This document shows, piece by piece, positions 9,927 through 19,285 of a DNA stretch of 64,000 nucleotides. The position numbers and the translations under genes were made by a program. The notes beneath the pieces were generated by a model, which worked only from the letters and a program-made list of their open reading frames with translations, ran no database searches and was not told the DNA's origin. Source of the stretch: Mycoplasma sp. CAG:956 (lineage in GTDB: Bacteria; Bacillota_I; Bacilli_A; RF39; UBA660); NCBI GenBank assembly GCA_000433475.1, contig HF993110.1, positions 131,112 through 195,111 on the forward strand, read 5' to 3'. Positions within the stretch are counted from its first letter, which is position 1, and each line of letters opens with the position of its first letter.

Positions 9927-10824
9927 AAGAAAAGCTTTAGGTAAAGGTTTGGAACAATTATTTACCAATGAACGTATTGATTTTGATAACTTTGAAAAAG
10001 GCTTAGTTGAAGAAGCCAAACCTAATGAGATTGTTGAAATTAAAATAAGTGAAATTCGCCCTAACCCCTACCAGCCTCGTAAAATATTTGATGAAGAAGC
10101 CTTAAATGAGTTAGCCTCATCCATAAAAGAACATGGTATTGTACAACCAATTATTGTTAAAAAGAGTATAAAAGGGTATGAATTAGTAGCAGGCGAACGT
10201 CGTACTAAAGCCGCTAAAATTGCTGGTTTAGAAACAGTTCCTGCTATCGTTAAGGACTTCGATGATGAGCAAATGATGGAAATTGCTCTAATCGAAAACA
10301 TTCAAAGAGAAAATTTAAATCCAATTGAAGAAGCCATGGCTTATGATAGTATTTTAAAAAGTAGTAATATTACTCAAGATGAACTAGCTAAAAAATTTGG
10401 TAAAAGTCGTAGTTATATTACTAACAGCTTAGGTCTTTTAAGATTACCAGATGATACTAAAAAGTATGTTGAAGATAATAAACTTTCAATGTCACATGCT
10501 AGAGCCTTATCTAAATTAGATGATACAGAACAAATAAATCGTCTAGCTAATAAGATAGTTAATGAAAACTTAAATGTTCGTGCTATTGAAAATATTACTC
10601 GTGATATTCATGAACAAGAAATAAAAAAAGAAACAGATGAAAATACTTTATTCGAATTCAAACAATATGATACTCTAAATACTAATCATATTTATGAAGA
10701 TGCTATGCGTGAAAAATTTGGTATTAAAGTAAAAATAACTGGTAAAAAAATTGAAATACCATACTCTTCTCAATTAGAATTACAAAGAATCTTAGAATTA
10801 ATGGATGTTAAAATTGAAGGATAG
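9916..10824 (+). CDS. parB: chromosome partitioning protein ParB/Spo0J
   Basis: ParB box GERR (VAGERRTKAA), HTH, overlaps parA stop. Confidence 0.93.
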   Translation: METKRKALGKGLEQLFTNERIDFDNFEKGLVEEAKPNEIVEIKISEIRPNPYQPRKIFDEEALNELASSIKEHGIVQPIIVKKSIKGYELVAGERRTKAAKIAGLETVPAIVKDFDDEQMMEIALIENIQRENLNPIEEAMAYDSILKSSNITQDELAKKFGKSRSYITNSLGLLRLPDDTKKYVEDNKLSMSHARALSKLDDTEQINRLANKIVNENLNVRAIENITRDIHEQEIKKETDENTLFEFKQYDTLNTNHIYEDAMREKFGIKVKITGKKIEIPYSSQLELQRILELMDVKIEG

Positions 10825-10826
10825 TT

Positions 10827-11651
10827 ATGAAAATATTAGAAACAATTTTAAAAATTATTAGAACCAAACAAGTTTATACACCAATAATTGCTATCTTCCT
10901 GGGCATTATTGCTTGTCGAGGCATTAACAGTGCTTTACAAAAAATAATGAAACTAAAAGATGGCAAAAACTCTTACGAACAAAAGAAAAAGAGAACTATA
11001 ATCGATTTATGTTCCAATATTTTTAAATATGTCGTAATAGTTATTGTTGCTGTAATAATACTAGATGCATATGGCATTGATACAAAATCAATTATAGCTG
11101 GACTTGGTGTTTTATCAGCTGTACTCGGCTTAGCTCTTCAAGATACTTTAAAAGATTTTGTTGGTGGAGTAAGTATCATTTTAGAAAATTATTATGTTGT
11201 TGGGGACATTGTTACGTTTGGAACATTCACTGGTGAAGTAGTTGAATTAGGCTTAAAAAGTACAAAAATTAAAAACTTTAATGGTGAAATTTTAATTTTA
11301 GCCAACCGTAATGTTAATCAAGTAATTAACCTATCCCAAGCAAAACAAAATATCTTCTTAGAAGTTAGTGTAGCTTATGAAGAACCAACAGAAAAAGTAG
11401 AAACTTCTTTAAAAAAAATAATACCTGAAATAGAAAAAATTAATTACGTTGTAAAAAAATCAGTGGCCTACTTAGGAATATCTTCTTTAGGTGATTCTGC
11501 TGTAACATATCTTTTAAAAATTCAAAGCTTACCAGATAAACAATGGCAAGTTAAAAGAGATGCCCTAAGAATTATAAAAAATACATTCGAAGAAGATAAT
11601 ATTAAAATTCCATATCCACAAATCGAGGTGCATCATGGACAAGACATATAA
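10827..11651 (+). CDS. mscS: small-conductance mechanosensitive channel (MscS family)
   Basis: 3 TM helices followed by the MscS beta-domain pattern GEVVELGLKSTKIKNFNGEILILANRNV. Confidence 0.85.
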   Translation: MKILETILKIIRTKQVYTPIIAIFLGIIACRGINSALQKIMKLKDGKNSYEQKKKRTIIDLCSNIFKYVVIVIVAVIILDAYGIDTKSIIAGLGVLSAVLGLALQDTLKDFVGGVSIILENYYVVGDIVTFGTFTGEVVELGLKSTKIKNFNGEILILANRNVNQVINLSQAKQNIFLEVSVAYEEPTEKVETSLKKIIPEIEKINYVVKKSVAYLGISSLGDSAVTYLLKIQSLPDKQWQVKRDALRIIKNTFEEDNIKIPYPQIEVHHGQDI

Positions 11652-11832
11652 GTTAAACGACCAAGTAATAATGAAAAAGCCACATGCTTGTGGTACTAAC
11701 CTATGGCAAATTGTGCGAACCGGAGTTGATATTAAAATAAAATGTATCAATTGTGGTCGTGAAGTTATGCTTGATCGTCTAGAATTTAATAAAAAATTAA
11801 AGAAAGTTTTAGGTGATAATGATGCAAAATAA
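11635..11832 (+). CDS. DUF951 family small zinc-ribbon protein (YyzM-like)
   Basis: CGTNLWQIVRTGVDIKIKCINCG pattern; same parB-proximal context as in Bacillus. Confidence 0.7.
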   Translation: MDKTYKLNDQVIMKKPHACGTNLWQIVRTGVDIKIKCINCGREVMLDRLEFNKKLKKVLGDNDAK

Positions 11833-13330
11833 AAAAGATAAAGTATCTTTAAATCCCATAATGACTTTAATGATTTTAATTGGGTTAGCCATATTATTAA
11901 GTGGTATTCTTGCTTTATTGGGCATCGGAGCCACTAATCCTGCTGAAGGAAACTGGGTTGCGGTTGAATCTTTATTAAGCCTTCGCGGTATTAAATATAT
12001 TTTCCAATCAACAGTTGCTAACTTTGCTTCCTTTACACCATTATCGATGTTAATCATTATTTTAATTGGTATTGGTATAATGGATAAAAGTGGTTTCTTA
12101 AAAACAACCTTTTCTCTTATTACAAGGAAATGTCAAAAAAAGACTATAACTTTTGTTTTAGCACTTATATGCATTATTTCTTCTATAGGAGGCGACCTAG
12201 CTTACGTTGTTATGATACCATTAAGTGCCCTACTATTCTATTATGGACGTCGTAATCCACTACATGGTATTGTTATAAGCTTTGCAGCTCTTACTTGCGG
12301 CACTGGTTTAAGTATTTTCAAAACTAGTGTTGATTCTAGTTTAGATGCTCTAACCCTAGATGCTGCTCATATTTTGGATTCCTCATATACTTTAAGTTAT
12401 TTAGGATATTTTGTTATAATGACAGTAGCAATCTTTGTACTAGCAGCCGTTATAACTTACGTTGCAGAAAAATTTAGTGTGAATGATGTTCCTAAATATG
12501 AATTTAAAGATGAAAAAAAAGAATTTAAATTAGCTAAAAGAGATATTAGAGGTTTAATTTTTGCTGGTACCTTTGGAATTATTTATTTATTAATCTTTAT
12601 TTATAATATAATTCCTGGTCTACCTTTAAGTGGTAATTTATTAGACTATTCTCAAAAGTTATACATTGATAAATTATTTAATCCTAACTCATTCTTTTCT
12701 CAAGGGTTCGTCTTTATTGTGACCATTTGGTTTGTAATTCTGGGATTATTCTATGGACTAGGTTCAAGAAGTATAAAAAATAATAATGATTTTTGCGATT
12801 ATTTAACCCATTCATTAGATGGCATTGGTCGTACAATTATTCTAATATTACTATCATCAATCTTAATTAATGTATTTAAGAAAACTAATATTGGTACGGT
12901 TGTAACTGCTCTAATTGGTAACTTAATTAGTAATTGTAAGTTTACTGGTATTCCACTTTTGTTAATGTTCTTCTTTGGTACTGCCATTGCAACAATTCTT
13001 TTACCAAACACTGTTAATAAATGGACAATTTTAGCATCAACTTGTGTTCCAACTTTAATGAATGTTGGCTTTAGTCCAGAATTTATTCAAGTAATATTCC
13101 GCTTTGCCGAAAGCATGACTTATGGTTTAACTCCAATCATGGCTTACTTTGTTATCTACTTAGCTTACATGGAAAAATATAATACAAGTGATAAGCCAAT
13201 TGGTATTTTTAAAATTTTAAATTACCAAAAGAAATATGCTTTAGCAACTGGTGTAGTTTTACTTATCTTATTAATTATTTGGTATCTAGTTGGTTTACCA
13301 ATCGGAATAAATGTAATGCCAACAATTTAG
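11822..13330 (+). CDS. AbgT family (p-aminobenzoyl-glutamate type) transporter
   Basis: N-terminal AbgT signature VANFASFTPLSMLIIILIGIGIMDKSGF, about 500 aa polytopic; start set to the ATG 5 nt after the AGGTGA RBS. Confidence 0.75.
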   Translation: MQNKKDKVSLNPIMTLMILIGLAILLSGILALLGIGATNPAEGNWVAVESLLSLRGIKYIFQSTVANFASFTPLSMLIIILIGIGIMDKSGFLKTTFSLITRKCQKKTITFVLALICIISSIGGDLAYVVMIPLSALLFYYGRRNPLHGIVISFAALTCGTGLSIFKTSVDSSLDALTLDAAHILDSSYTLSYLGYFVIMTVAIFVLAAVITYVAEKFSVNDVPKYEFKDEKKEFKLAKRDIRGLIFAGTFGIIYLLIFIYNIIPGLPLSGNLLDYSQKLYIDKLFNPNSFFSQGFVFIVTIWFVILGLFYGLGSRSIKNNNDFCDYLTHSLDGIGRTIILILLSSILINVFKKTNIGTVVTALIGNLISNCKFTGIPLLLMFFFGTAIATILLPNTVNKWTILASTCVPTLMNVGFSPEFIQVIFRFAESMTYGLTPIMAYFVIYLAYMEKYNTSDKPIGIFKILNYQKKYALATGVVLLILLIIWYLVGLPIGINVMPTI

Positions 13331-13447
13331 GTTTAACTGCTAAAAAGGTTAAATCTTTTTTTTGCCTTCAAATTTATTTATAAAAGAGATAATAAAAATA
13401 TAAAAAAGAACAAATAAATGTTAAAATGATATTAGGAAGTGTTAAAG

Positions 13448-13840
13448 ATGAAAAAAATTATTAAAGGATTATTACTATTATTAGGAGTCTGTTTACTTTG
13501 TGCTTGCAGTAATAATAAGAACACAGAATCTAAAATTAATGTTGATAATAATGGTTTTCTAACTAAAGAATCTATAAAAGATATTCAAGAAAAAAATAAT
13601 TATGTAATTTTAGATGTTAGAACTAAGGAAGAATATAATGAAAAGCATATTGTAGATAGTATCTTAATACCTTATGATGAAATATCAGATAAAACAGTTA
13701 ATATTGATAAAGATAAAACTATATTAGTTTATTGTCGTTCTGGAAAAAGAGCTACAACTGCTGTTGAAAAATTAAAAAGCTTAGGTTATACCGCTTATAA
13801 TATGGGTGGAATTGCTAATATTGATTTACCAAAGGAATAA
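13448..13840 (+). CDS. rhodanese-domain lipoprotein (sulfurtransferase-like)
   Basis: Lipobox-like LLCAC after signal peptide; rhodanese active-site loop CRSGKRA. Confidence 0.75.
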   Translation: MKKIIKGLLLLLGVCLLCACSNNKNTESKINVDNNGFLTKESIKDIQEKNNYVILDVRTKEEYNEKHIVDSILIPYDEISDKTVNIDKDKTILVYCRSGKRATTAVEKLKSLGYTAYNMGGIANIDLPKE

Positions 13841-13903
13841 TTAAGTATAAATAAAATCTATAATTATATATAGAAATTATTTATTGAAAACAAGGAACAA
13901 AAC

Positions 13904-14347
13904 ATGATTAAAAGAATAATAAATGAAAAAGAAGCGGCAATATGTGATGAATTATTAACTAAATTAATAAGAGATGAAAGTAAATATGATAAGTTAATAT
14001 CCCAAGACTTTAAAGTTTATGGCTATTTTAAAAATATCATTAAAGATAATAAAAATATTTTATTAGGGTACGTAATTGATAATCAAATAATTGGTTATAC
14101 TTTTTTAAAATATATGCCCGAAGATAATAACAAAGGCTATTTAATAGATGGTTTATATATAGAAGAAGCTTATCGTCGTAAAGGTTATGCTAAAGAACTT
14201 TTAGAATACGCTTTTAAACTATTAGAAAAAGAAACTTGTGACTTTGTTGATATTAATGTTATCTATGCTAATGAAATAGCTAAAAAATTATATAAATCTT
14301 TGGGTTTTAAAGAGTTTAAAATAACCATGCGTAAAAGTAATAACTAA
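13904..14347 (+). CDS. GNAT family N-acetyltransferase
   Basis: Motif A RRKGYAKELLEYA. Confidence 0.8.
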   Translation: MIKRIINEKEAAICDELLTKLIRDESKYDKLISQDFKVYGYFKNIIKDNKNILLGYVIDNQIIGYTFLKYMPEDNNKGYLIDGLYIEEAYRRKGYAKELLEYAFKLLEKETCDFVDINVIYANEIAKKLYKSLGFKEFKITMRKSNN

Positions 14348-14473
14348 ATAAAGCAAGTAAATTTATAAAATAATAATTAATAAAAAACAAATAGAGAAAA
14401 TTACTTAAAAGTGGTTAAATTAATTGCCTTTTTAGTCCATTTTATTTATAATTAACAAAGAGGAAGTGGTATT

Positions 14474-15574
14474 ATGGCTTTGAAAGCTGGAATAGTAGGA
14501 CTACCAAATGTTGGTAAATCTACTTTATTTAATGCAATTACAAAAAAGAATATTTTAGCAGCTAACTATCCGTTTGCAACTATCGAACCAAATGTTGGTG
14601 TTGTAACTGTTCCTGATACACGTTTAGAATTCTTAGAAAACATGTATTTGCCTTCAAGAACGATTCCAACAACATTTGAATTTACCGATATAGCTGGATT
14701 AGTTAAAGGAGCCGCTAAAGGCGAAGGTTTAGGAAATAAATTTTTATCTCATATTCGCGAATGCGACTGTTTAGTAGAAGTTGTTCGTTGCTTTGATGAT
14801 GCTGATATTATTCATGTTGAGGGGAAAACTGATCCAATTCGTGATATCGAAATTATCAATGTTGAACTTATTTTAGCTGATTTAGAAATAGTAAATAATC
14901 GTATTTCTAAAATTGAAAAAAAGGCTCAAACAACTAAAGAAAAAGATGCCGTTTTAGAATATGAAACTTTAAAAAAATGTGAAAACTCCTTAATGAATAA
15001 TACTCCATTAAGAAGAGTAGAATTTAATGAAGATGAATTATTATTAATTAAAAACTTCAATTTCATTACTTTAAAACCAATTATTTATGCTGCAAATGTA
15101 TCTGAAGATGACTGCATTATTGGTGAAAATGAGTATACAAAGTTAGTAAAAGAGTATGCTAAAAATGATGATGCCCAAGTAATTGTCATGTGTGCAAAAA
15201 TGGAAAGTGAACTTGCTGAATTAAATGATGATGATAAAAAAGCATTCATGGAAGACTTAGGACTTACAAATAGTGGTTTAGATAAACTAATCTTCGCAAC
15301 ATATTATCTACTAGGACTTCAAACTTTCTTTACAGTTGGTAAAGATGAATGTCGTGCTTGGACATTTAAAAAAGGAATGAAAGCACCTGAATGTGCTGGT
15401 TTAATTCACAGTGATTTTCAAAGAGGATTTATAAAAGCTGAAGTTACAAGCTTTAATGACTTAGAAAAATTAGGTAGTGAAAAGGCTGTTCAAGAAGCTG
15501 GAAAATTACGTCTTGAAGGTAAAGATTATATAATGCAAGACGGTGATATTGTTTTATTCCGTTTCAATGTTTAA
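14474..15574 (+). CDS. ychF: ribosome-binding ATPase YchF (Obg family)
   Basis: G1 GLPNVGKSTLFNA, TGS C-terminal domain, 366 aa. Confidence 0.95.
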   Translation: MALKAGIVGLPNVGKSTLFNAITKKNILAANYPFATIEPNVGVVTVPDTRLEFLENMYLPSRTIPTTFEFTDIAGLVKGAAKGEGLGNKFLSHIRECDCLVEVVRCFDDADIIHVEGKTDPIRDIEIINVELILADLEIVNNRISKIEKKAQTTKEKDAVLEYETLKKCENSLMNNTPLRRVEFNEDELLLIKNFNFITLKPIIYAANVSEDDCIIGENEYTKLVKEYAKNDDAQVIVMCAKMESELAELNDDDKKAFMEDLGLTNSGLDKLIFATYYLLGLQTFFTVGKDECRAWTFKKGMKAPECAGLIHSDFQRGFIKAEVTSFNDLEKLGSEKAVQEAGKLRLEGKDYIMQDGDIVLFRFNV

Positions 15575-15596
15575 AAATAAGAAAAGAGGAATTACT

Positions 15597-16778
15597 TTGC
15601 AATTCAAAATAATTACTAAGGAAGAATTTTTAAAATATCATGGTGATTTTAATTATAATTTTTATCAAAATCCTTTATGGGGAGAGGTAAAAAAAGAAAA
15701 TGGTTGGGGAAGCTTTTATACAGCTGTTTTAGATAAAAAAAATAAACCTCTTCTTATAAGTTTAGTTTTATCAAAAAAAATTTTAGGAAAGTACTTGTAT
15801 TATGCACCACGTGGTCCTTTATTAAAGGACGAGGCTAATCGTAAAGAAGTTTATACATTCTATTTAACTGAAATAAAAAAATATTTAAAAACTAAAAACG
15901 CAATATTATTTAAATTCGATCCTTTAATTGAATATACAAAACATGATAAAGAAGGAAAAGCTATTACAGAAGATACTGAACAAGATTTTGTTGATTTCTT
16001 AAAGAAAAATGATGTTAAGCACCGCGGCTTTACAATCGGTTATACCGATGAGGCCCAATTTAGATGGTCATATGCTTTAGATATTAAAAGCAAGACCTTT
16101 GATGATTTAACAAAGGACATGAATAGCAGATGCAAAAGAAGTATCAAAAAAGCTGAAAAATACCCTTTAAAAATCAAAGATGTAACTGATGAAACTATAA
16201 AAGATTTTAAAGATATAATGGAAAGTACTGCTGAAAGGCAACATCATGGCGATAGAACTTTATCTTACTATCAAACTTTAAAAGATAAGCTAAAAGATAT
16301 AATTAGAATGTGTTTGGTATACTTAGATAAAGAAAAATTCTTAGATGATATTGATAATGGCAAATATACGATTGATGAAAAAGTTCTAGCAATTGTAAAA
16401 AATGATGAACGGGATATGATACCTATAAGTGCTGGTATATTTATCTTTGATAAAGATCGCTTTAATTATGTTTATGGTGGCACCTATGCTGAATATTTTC
16501 CATTTATGGCTCCTTATAAACTGCAAGAAGAAATGATAAAATATGCTATCGAAAAGAAAATGAACTATTATGACTTTGGTGGTATTTCTGGTAACTTTAC
16601 ACCAGGTACTCCCGAGTATGGTGTTTATGAATATAAAAGAGGTTATGGAGGATTTGTAATTGAATACATAGGTGAGTTCGATCTTATCATTAATAAACCT
16701 TATTACTTAGCATACAAGTATGGCTTAGAACTTTATCGTACATTTAGAAAAATTGTTTATAAAATCAAAAAAAATTAA
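15597..16778 (+). CDS. FemAB-family peptidoglycan cross-bridge aminoacyltransferase (FemX/MurM-like)
   Basis: N-terminus aligns with FemA MKFTNLTAKEF; TTG start 5 nt after AGAGGA RBS chosen over the RBS-less ATG in the track ORF; central coiled-coil insert typical of FemABX. Confidence 0.8.
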   Translation: MQFKIITKEEFLKYHGDFNYNFYQNPLWGEVKKENGWGSFYTAVLDKKNKPLLISLVLSKKILGKYLYYAPRGPLLKDEANRKEVYTFYLTEIKKYLKTKNAILFKFDPLIEYTKHDKEGKAITEDTEQDFVDFLKKNDVKHRGFTIGYTDEAQFRWSYALDIKSKTFDDLTKDMNSRCKRSIKKAEKYPLKIKDVTDETIKDFKDIMESTAERQHHGDRTLSYYQTLKDKLKDIIRMCLVYLDKEKFLDDIDNGKYTIDEKVLAIVKNDERDMIPISAGIFIFDKDRFNYVYGGTYAEYFPFMAPYKLQEEMIKYAIEKKMNYYDFGGISGNFTPGTPEYGVYEYKRGYGGFVIEYIGEFDLIINKPYYLAYKYGLELYRTFRKIVYKIKKN

Positions 16779-16863
16779 CCAAATTCACTTAGAATTTGGT
16801 AATTTTTCTTTTAAATTTCATAAATTAATGGTATGATTTTCTTAATTAGAAAGAGGGAATATT

Positions 16864-18174
16864 ATGCGTATTTATAACTCACTTACAGATAAATTAGAAG
16901 AATTTAAACCAATTAGAGAAGGTAAAGTAAGCATGTATGTTTGTGGTCCAACTGTTTACAACTATGTTCACATTGGCAACATGCGCCCTGCTATAACTTT
17001 TGATATGGTAAGAAATTATTTAGAATACCTAGGATATGAAGTTACTTATGCTTCTAATTTTACTGATATTAACCCTAAAATCATTAAAGCTGCTGAAGAA
17101 CTTGGCATTACTGAAAGGGAAGTTGCTAACAAATTTATTGCTGCTTATCTAAAAGATTTGGAAGACTACCAATGCGGTAAAATCGATGTTCATCCAACCG
17201 TTTTAGAAAATTTAGATAATATTTATACATTTATTCAAAAATTAATTGAAAAAGGCTATGCTTATGAAGTCGATGGTGATGTTTACTTTCGTGTAAATAA
17301 AATTAAAGATTATGGTTGTCTTTCTAACAATACCTTAGATGAACTAGAAAGTGGAGCACGTCTAGAAATAGATGAAAAAAAGGAAGATCCATTAGACTTT
17401 GCTTTATGGCGCAAATCAATCGAAGGTGAGCATTTTACATCACCTTGGGGTGAAGGTATTCCTGGTTGGCATACTGAATGTGTGGTTATGATTAATAGTA
17501 TTTTTGGCGAAAAAATCGATATTCACGGAGGCGGTGTTGATTTGAAATTTCCACACCATGAAAACGAAATCGCTCAAAGCATGGCATTAAATAATAATCA
17601 CTTAGCTAACTATTGGATGCATAATGGTCACATTAATGTTGAAGGTGTTAAAATGAGTAAATCATTAGGGAACTTCATATTAGCCAAAGACTTTATCAAA
17701 AATAGTAAAGCTAATATTGTTAAACTTGCAATGTTTAAAACACACTACCGCTTACCATTTAATATAAAAGAAGAATTATTTAAAGAATGTGGCCTTTTGG
17801 ATGATAAAATCTATAACACCTTAAAACAAGCCAACTTACAAATCCAAGTGAGTAACATTACTATAAATCAAGTAAAACAAGACGAAAATATCAATAAAAT
17901 CATGGATGAAGATTTTAATACTCCAAATTTAATAACCTATCTTTTAGAGCTTATAAAAGAATTGAATACTGCCATTCGTAATAAGGGTGAAATCAGCTTG
18001 TTATATGATAAAATAAATTTAATTATAAACATTCTTGGCCTTCATTATGATTTAAAAACATTAAGTGAAGATGATAAAAAAACATATCAAGAATGGTTAA
18101 AAGCTAAAGAAAATAAAGATTATACTAAGGCCGATGAACTAAGAAAAACTTTAGTAAATAATAATATACTTTAA
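16864..18174 (+). CDS. cysS: cysteinyl-tRNA synthetase
   Basis: HIGN and KMSKS motifs, Zn-binding Cys/His. Confidence 0.97.
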   Translation: MRIYNSLTDKLEEFKPIREGKVSMYVCGPTVYNYVHIGNMRPAITFDMVRNYLEYLGYEVTYASNFTDINPKIIKAAEELGITEREVANKFIAAYLKDLEDYQCGKIDVHPTVLENLDNIYTFIQKLIEKGYAYEVDGDVYFRVNKIKDYGCLSNNTLDELESGARLEIDEKKEDPLDFALWRKSIEGEHFTSPWGEGIPGWHTECVVMINSIFGEKIDIHGGGVDLKFPHHENEIAQSMALNNNHLANYWMHNGHINVEGVKMSKSLGNFILAKDFIKNSKANIVKLAMFKTHYRLPFNIKEELFKECGLLDDKIYNTLKQANLQIQVSNITINQVKQDENINKIMDEDFNTPNLITYLLELIKELNTAIRNKGEISLLYDKINLIINILGLHYDLKTLSEDDKKTYQEWLKAKENKDYTKADELRKTLVNNNIL

Positions 18175-18196
18175 GTAGTAAAAAAATAGGAGTAAG

Positions 18197-18871
18197 ATGG
18201 ATACATTATTAATATTTTTAATTATACTAATACCATTACTAGCTCAAATTAAAATAACTAGTAGTTATAATAAATATAAAAAAGAAAAAAATATTTGTAA
18301 TTTAACTGGGCAAGAAGTAGCAAGAAAAATTTTAGATGAAAATGGTTTAAATAACATTCATATTGTTGAAATAAATGGCGAATTAACTGACCATTATGAC
18401 TCAGAAAGAAAGGTTATACGCTTATCAGCAGATATATTTCATGGTAATACCCTAGCTGCAGCTGCCGTAGCGGCTCATGAATGTGGGCATGCAATCCAAG
18501 ATAAAGAAAATTATACTTTTTTAAGAATGCGTTCCGCAATTTATCCTGTTGTAAATGCAGCAACTAGTATTTCTTATTATATAATTTTTGCAGGACTTTT
18601 GTTTCAAGCCTTTAAGCTTGCTTATATAGGTATTGCTCTAACTTGCTGCGGATTACTATTTCAATTAGTGACCTTACCAGTAGAATTTGATGCTTCTAAA
18701 CGAGCTTTACAAAAATTAGAAGATTATCATTTACTATCATCATCAGAAATTGATGGGGCTAGAAGCGTTTTAACGGCAGCAGCATTAACGTATGTTGCAG
18801 GCATAATCGCCTCAGTATTACAAATAATAAGACTTTTACTAATTACTCGTAATGAAGAACGTAACAAGTGA
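18197..18871 (+). CDS. membrane zinc metallopeptidase, YugP-like (Zn_peptidase_2 family)
   Basis: HECGHA zinc motif flanked by TM helices; about 224 aa. Confidence 0.75.
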   Translation: MDTLLIFLIILIPLLAQIKITSSYNKYKKEKNICNLTGQEVARKILDENGLNNIHIVEINGELTDHYDSERKVIRLSADIFHGNTLAAAAVAAHECGHAIQDKENYTFLRMRSAIYPVVNAATSISYYIIFAGLLFQAFKLAYIGIALTCCGLLFQLVTLPVEFDASKRALQKLEDYHLLSSSEIDGARSVLTAAALTYVAGIIASVLQIIRLLLITRNEERNK

Positions 18872-18875
18872 TTTT

Positions 18876-18905
18876 GAAACTTCTATATTTTAGGAGTTTT
18901 TTTCT
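18876..18905 (+). terminator. Rho-independent terminator
   Basis: About 9-bp stem (with G-U pairs) followed by T8 (approx). Confidence 0.5.
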
Positions 18906-18977
18906 TTGTGTTTTCTTATACATAAAGTTTTATTTCATCACCAAGTAGAAACTATTTTAGCTCAAAAACTTTTTTCC

Positions 18978-19006
18978 TTGTAAATTTTTCCTATTTGTGT
19001 TAATAT
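18978..19006 (+). promoter_or_regulatory. putative sigma-A promoter for the three-gene operon
   Basis: TTGTAA, 17 nt spacer, TAATAT, about 22 nt upstream of the GGGGGA RBS (approx). Confidence 0.35.
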
Positions 19007-19028
19007 AACAGCCGAATGGGGGATATAT

Positions 19029-19283
19029 ATGAGAATCGGTGATATTAAAGTTATCGATAATGTAAATTATCTCATCTTAGATATACTAGAGAAAAATAAT
19101 AATATTTATGTTATGGTTACTAAATTAAATGAAAATAATGAACCAACAATGGATGAATACAAGGTATACAAAATTATAGAAAACAAATGGCAATTAGAAG
19201 AAAACAAGCAAACTTTAAATGAATTATTGCCAATTTTTACAAAGAATATTAACAATATGTTAAATAAACTAATGGGGGAATAA
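19029..19283 (+). CDS. small hypothetical protein A (84 aa), paralog of the 21712..21969 product; possibly DUF1292-like
   Basis: ORF track; pattern VIDNVNYLILDILEKNNNIYVMV ... YKVYKII resembles small DUF1292-type beta-rich proteins; 2-nt gap to the next gene. Confidence 0.55.
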   Translation: MRIGDIKVIDNVNYLILDILEKNNNIYVMVTKLNENNEPTMDEYKVYKIIENKWQLEENKQTLNELLPIFTKNINNMLNKLMGE

Positions 19284-19285
19284 AA

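Noticed and set aside
9141-10824. oriC near parA-parB
   Set aside because: No dnaA/dnaN genes and no cluster of DnaA boxes in the window; a single perfect box at 38516 is far away and isolated
16779-16863. Possible T-box leader upstream of cysS
   Set aside because: Spacer is only about 85 nt, with no T-box consensus (AATTAGGGTGGTACCGCG-like) or specifier/antiterminator structure
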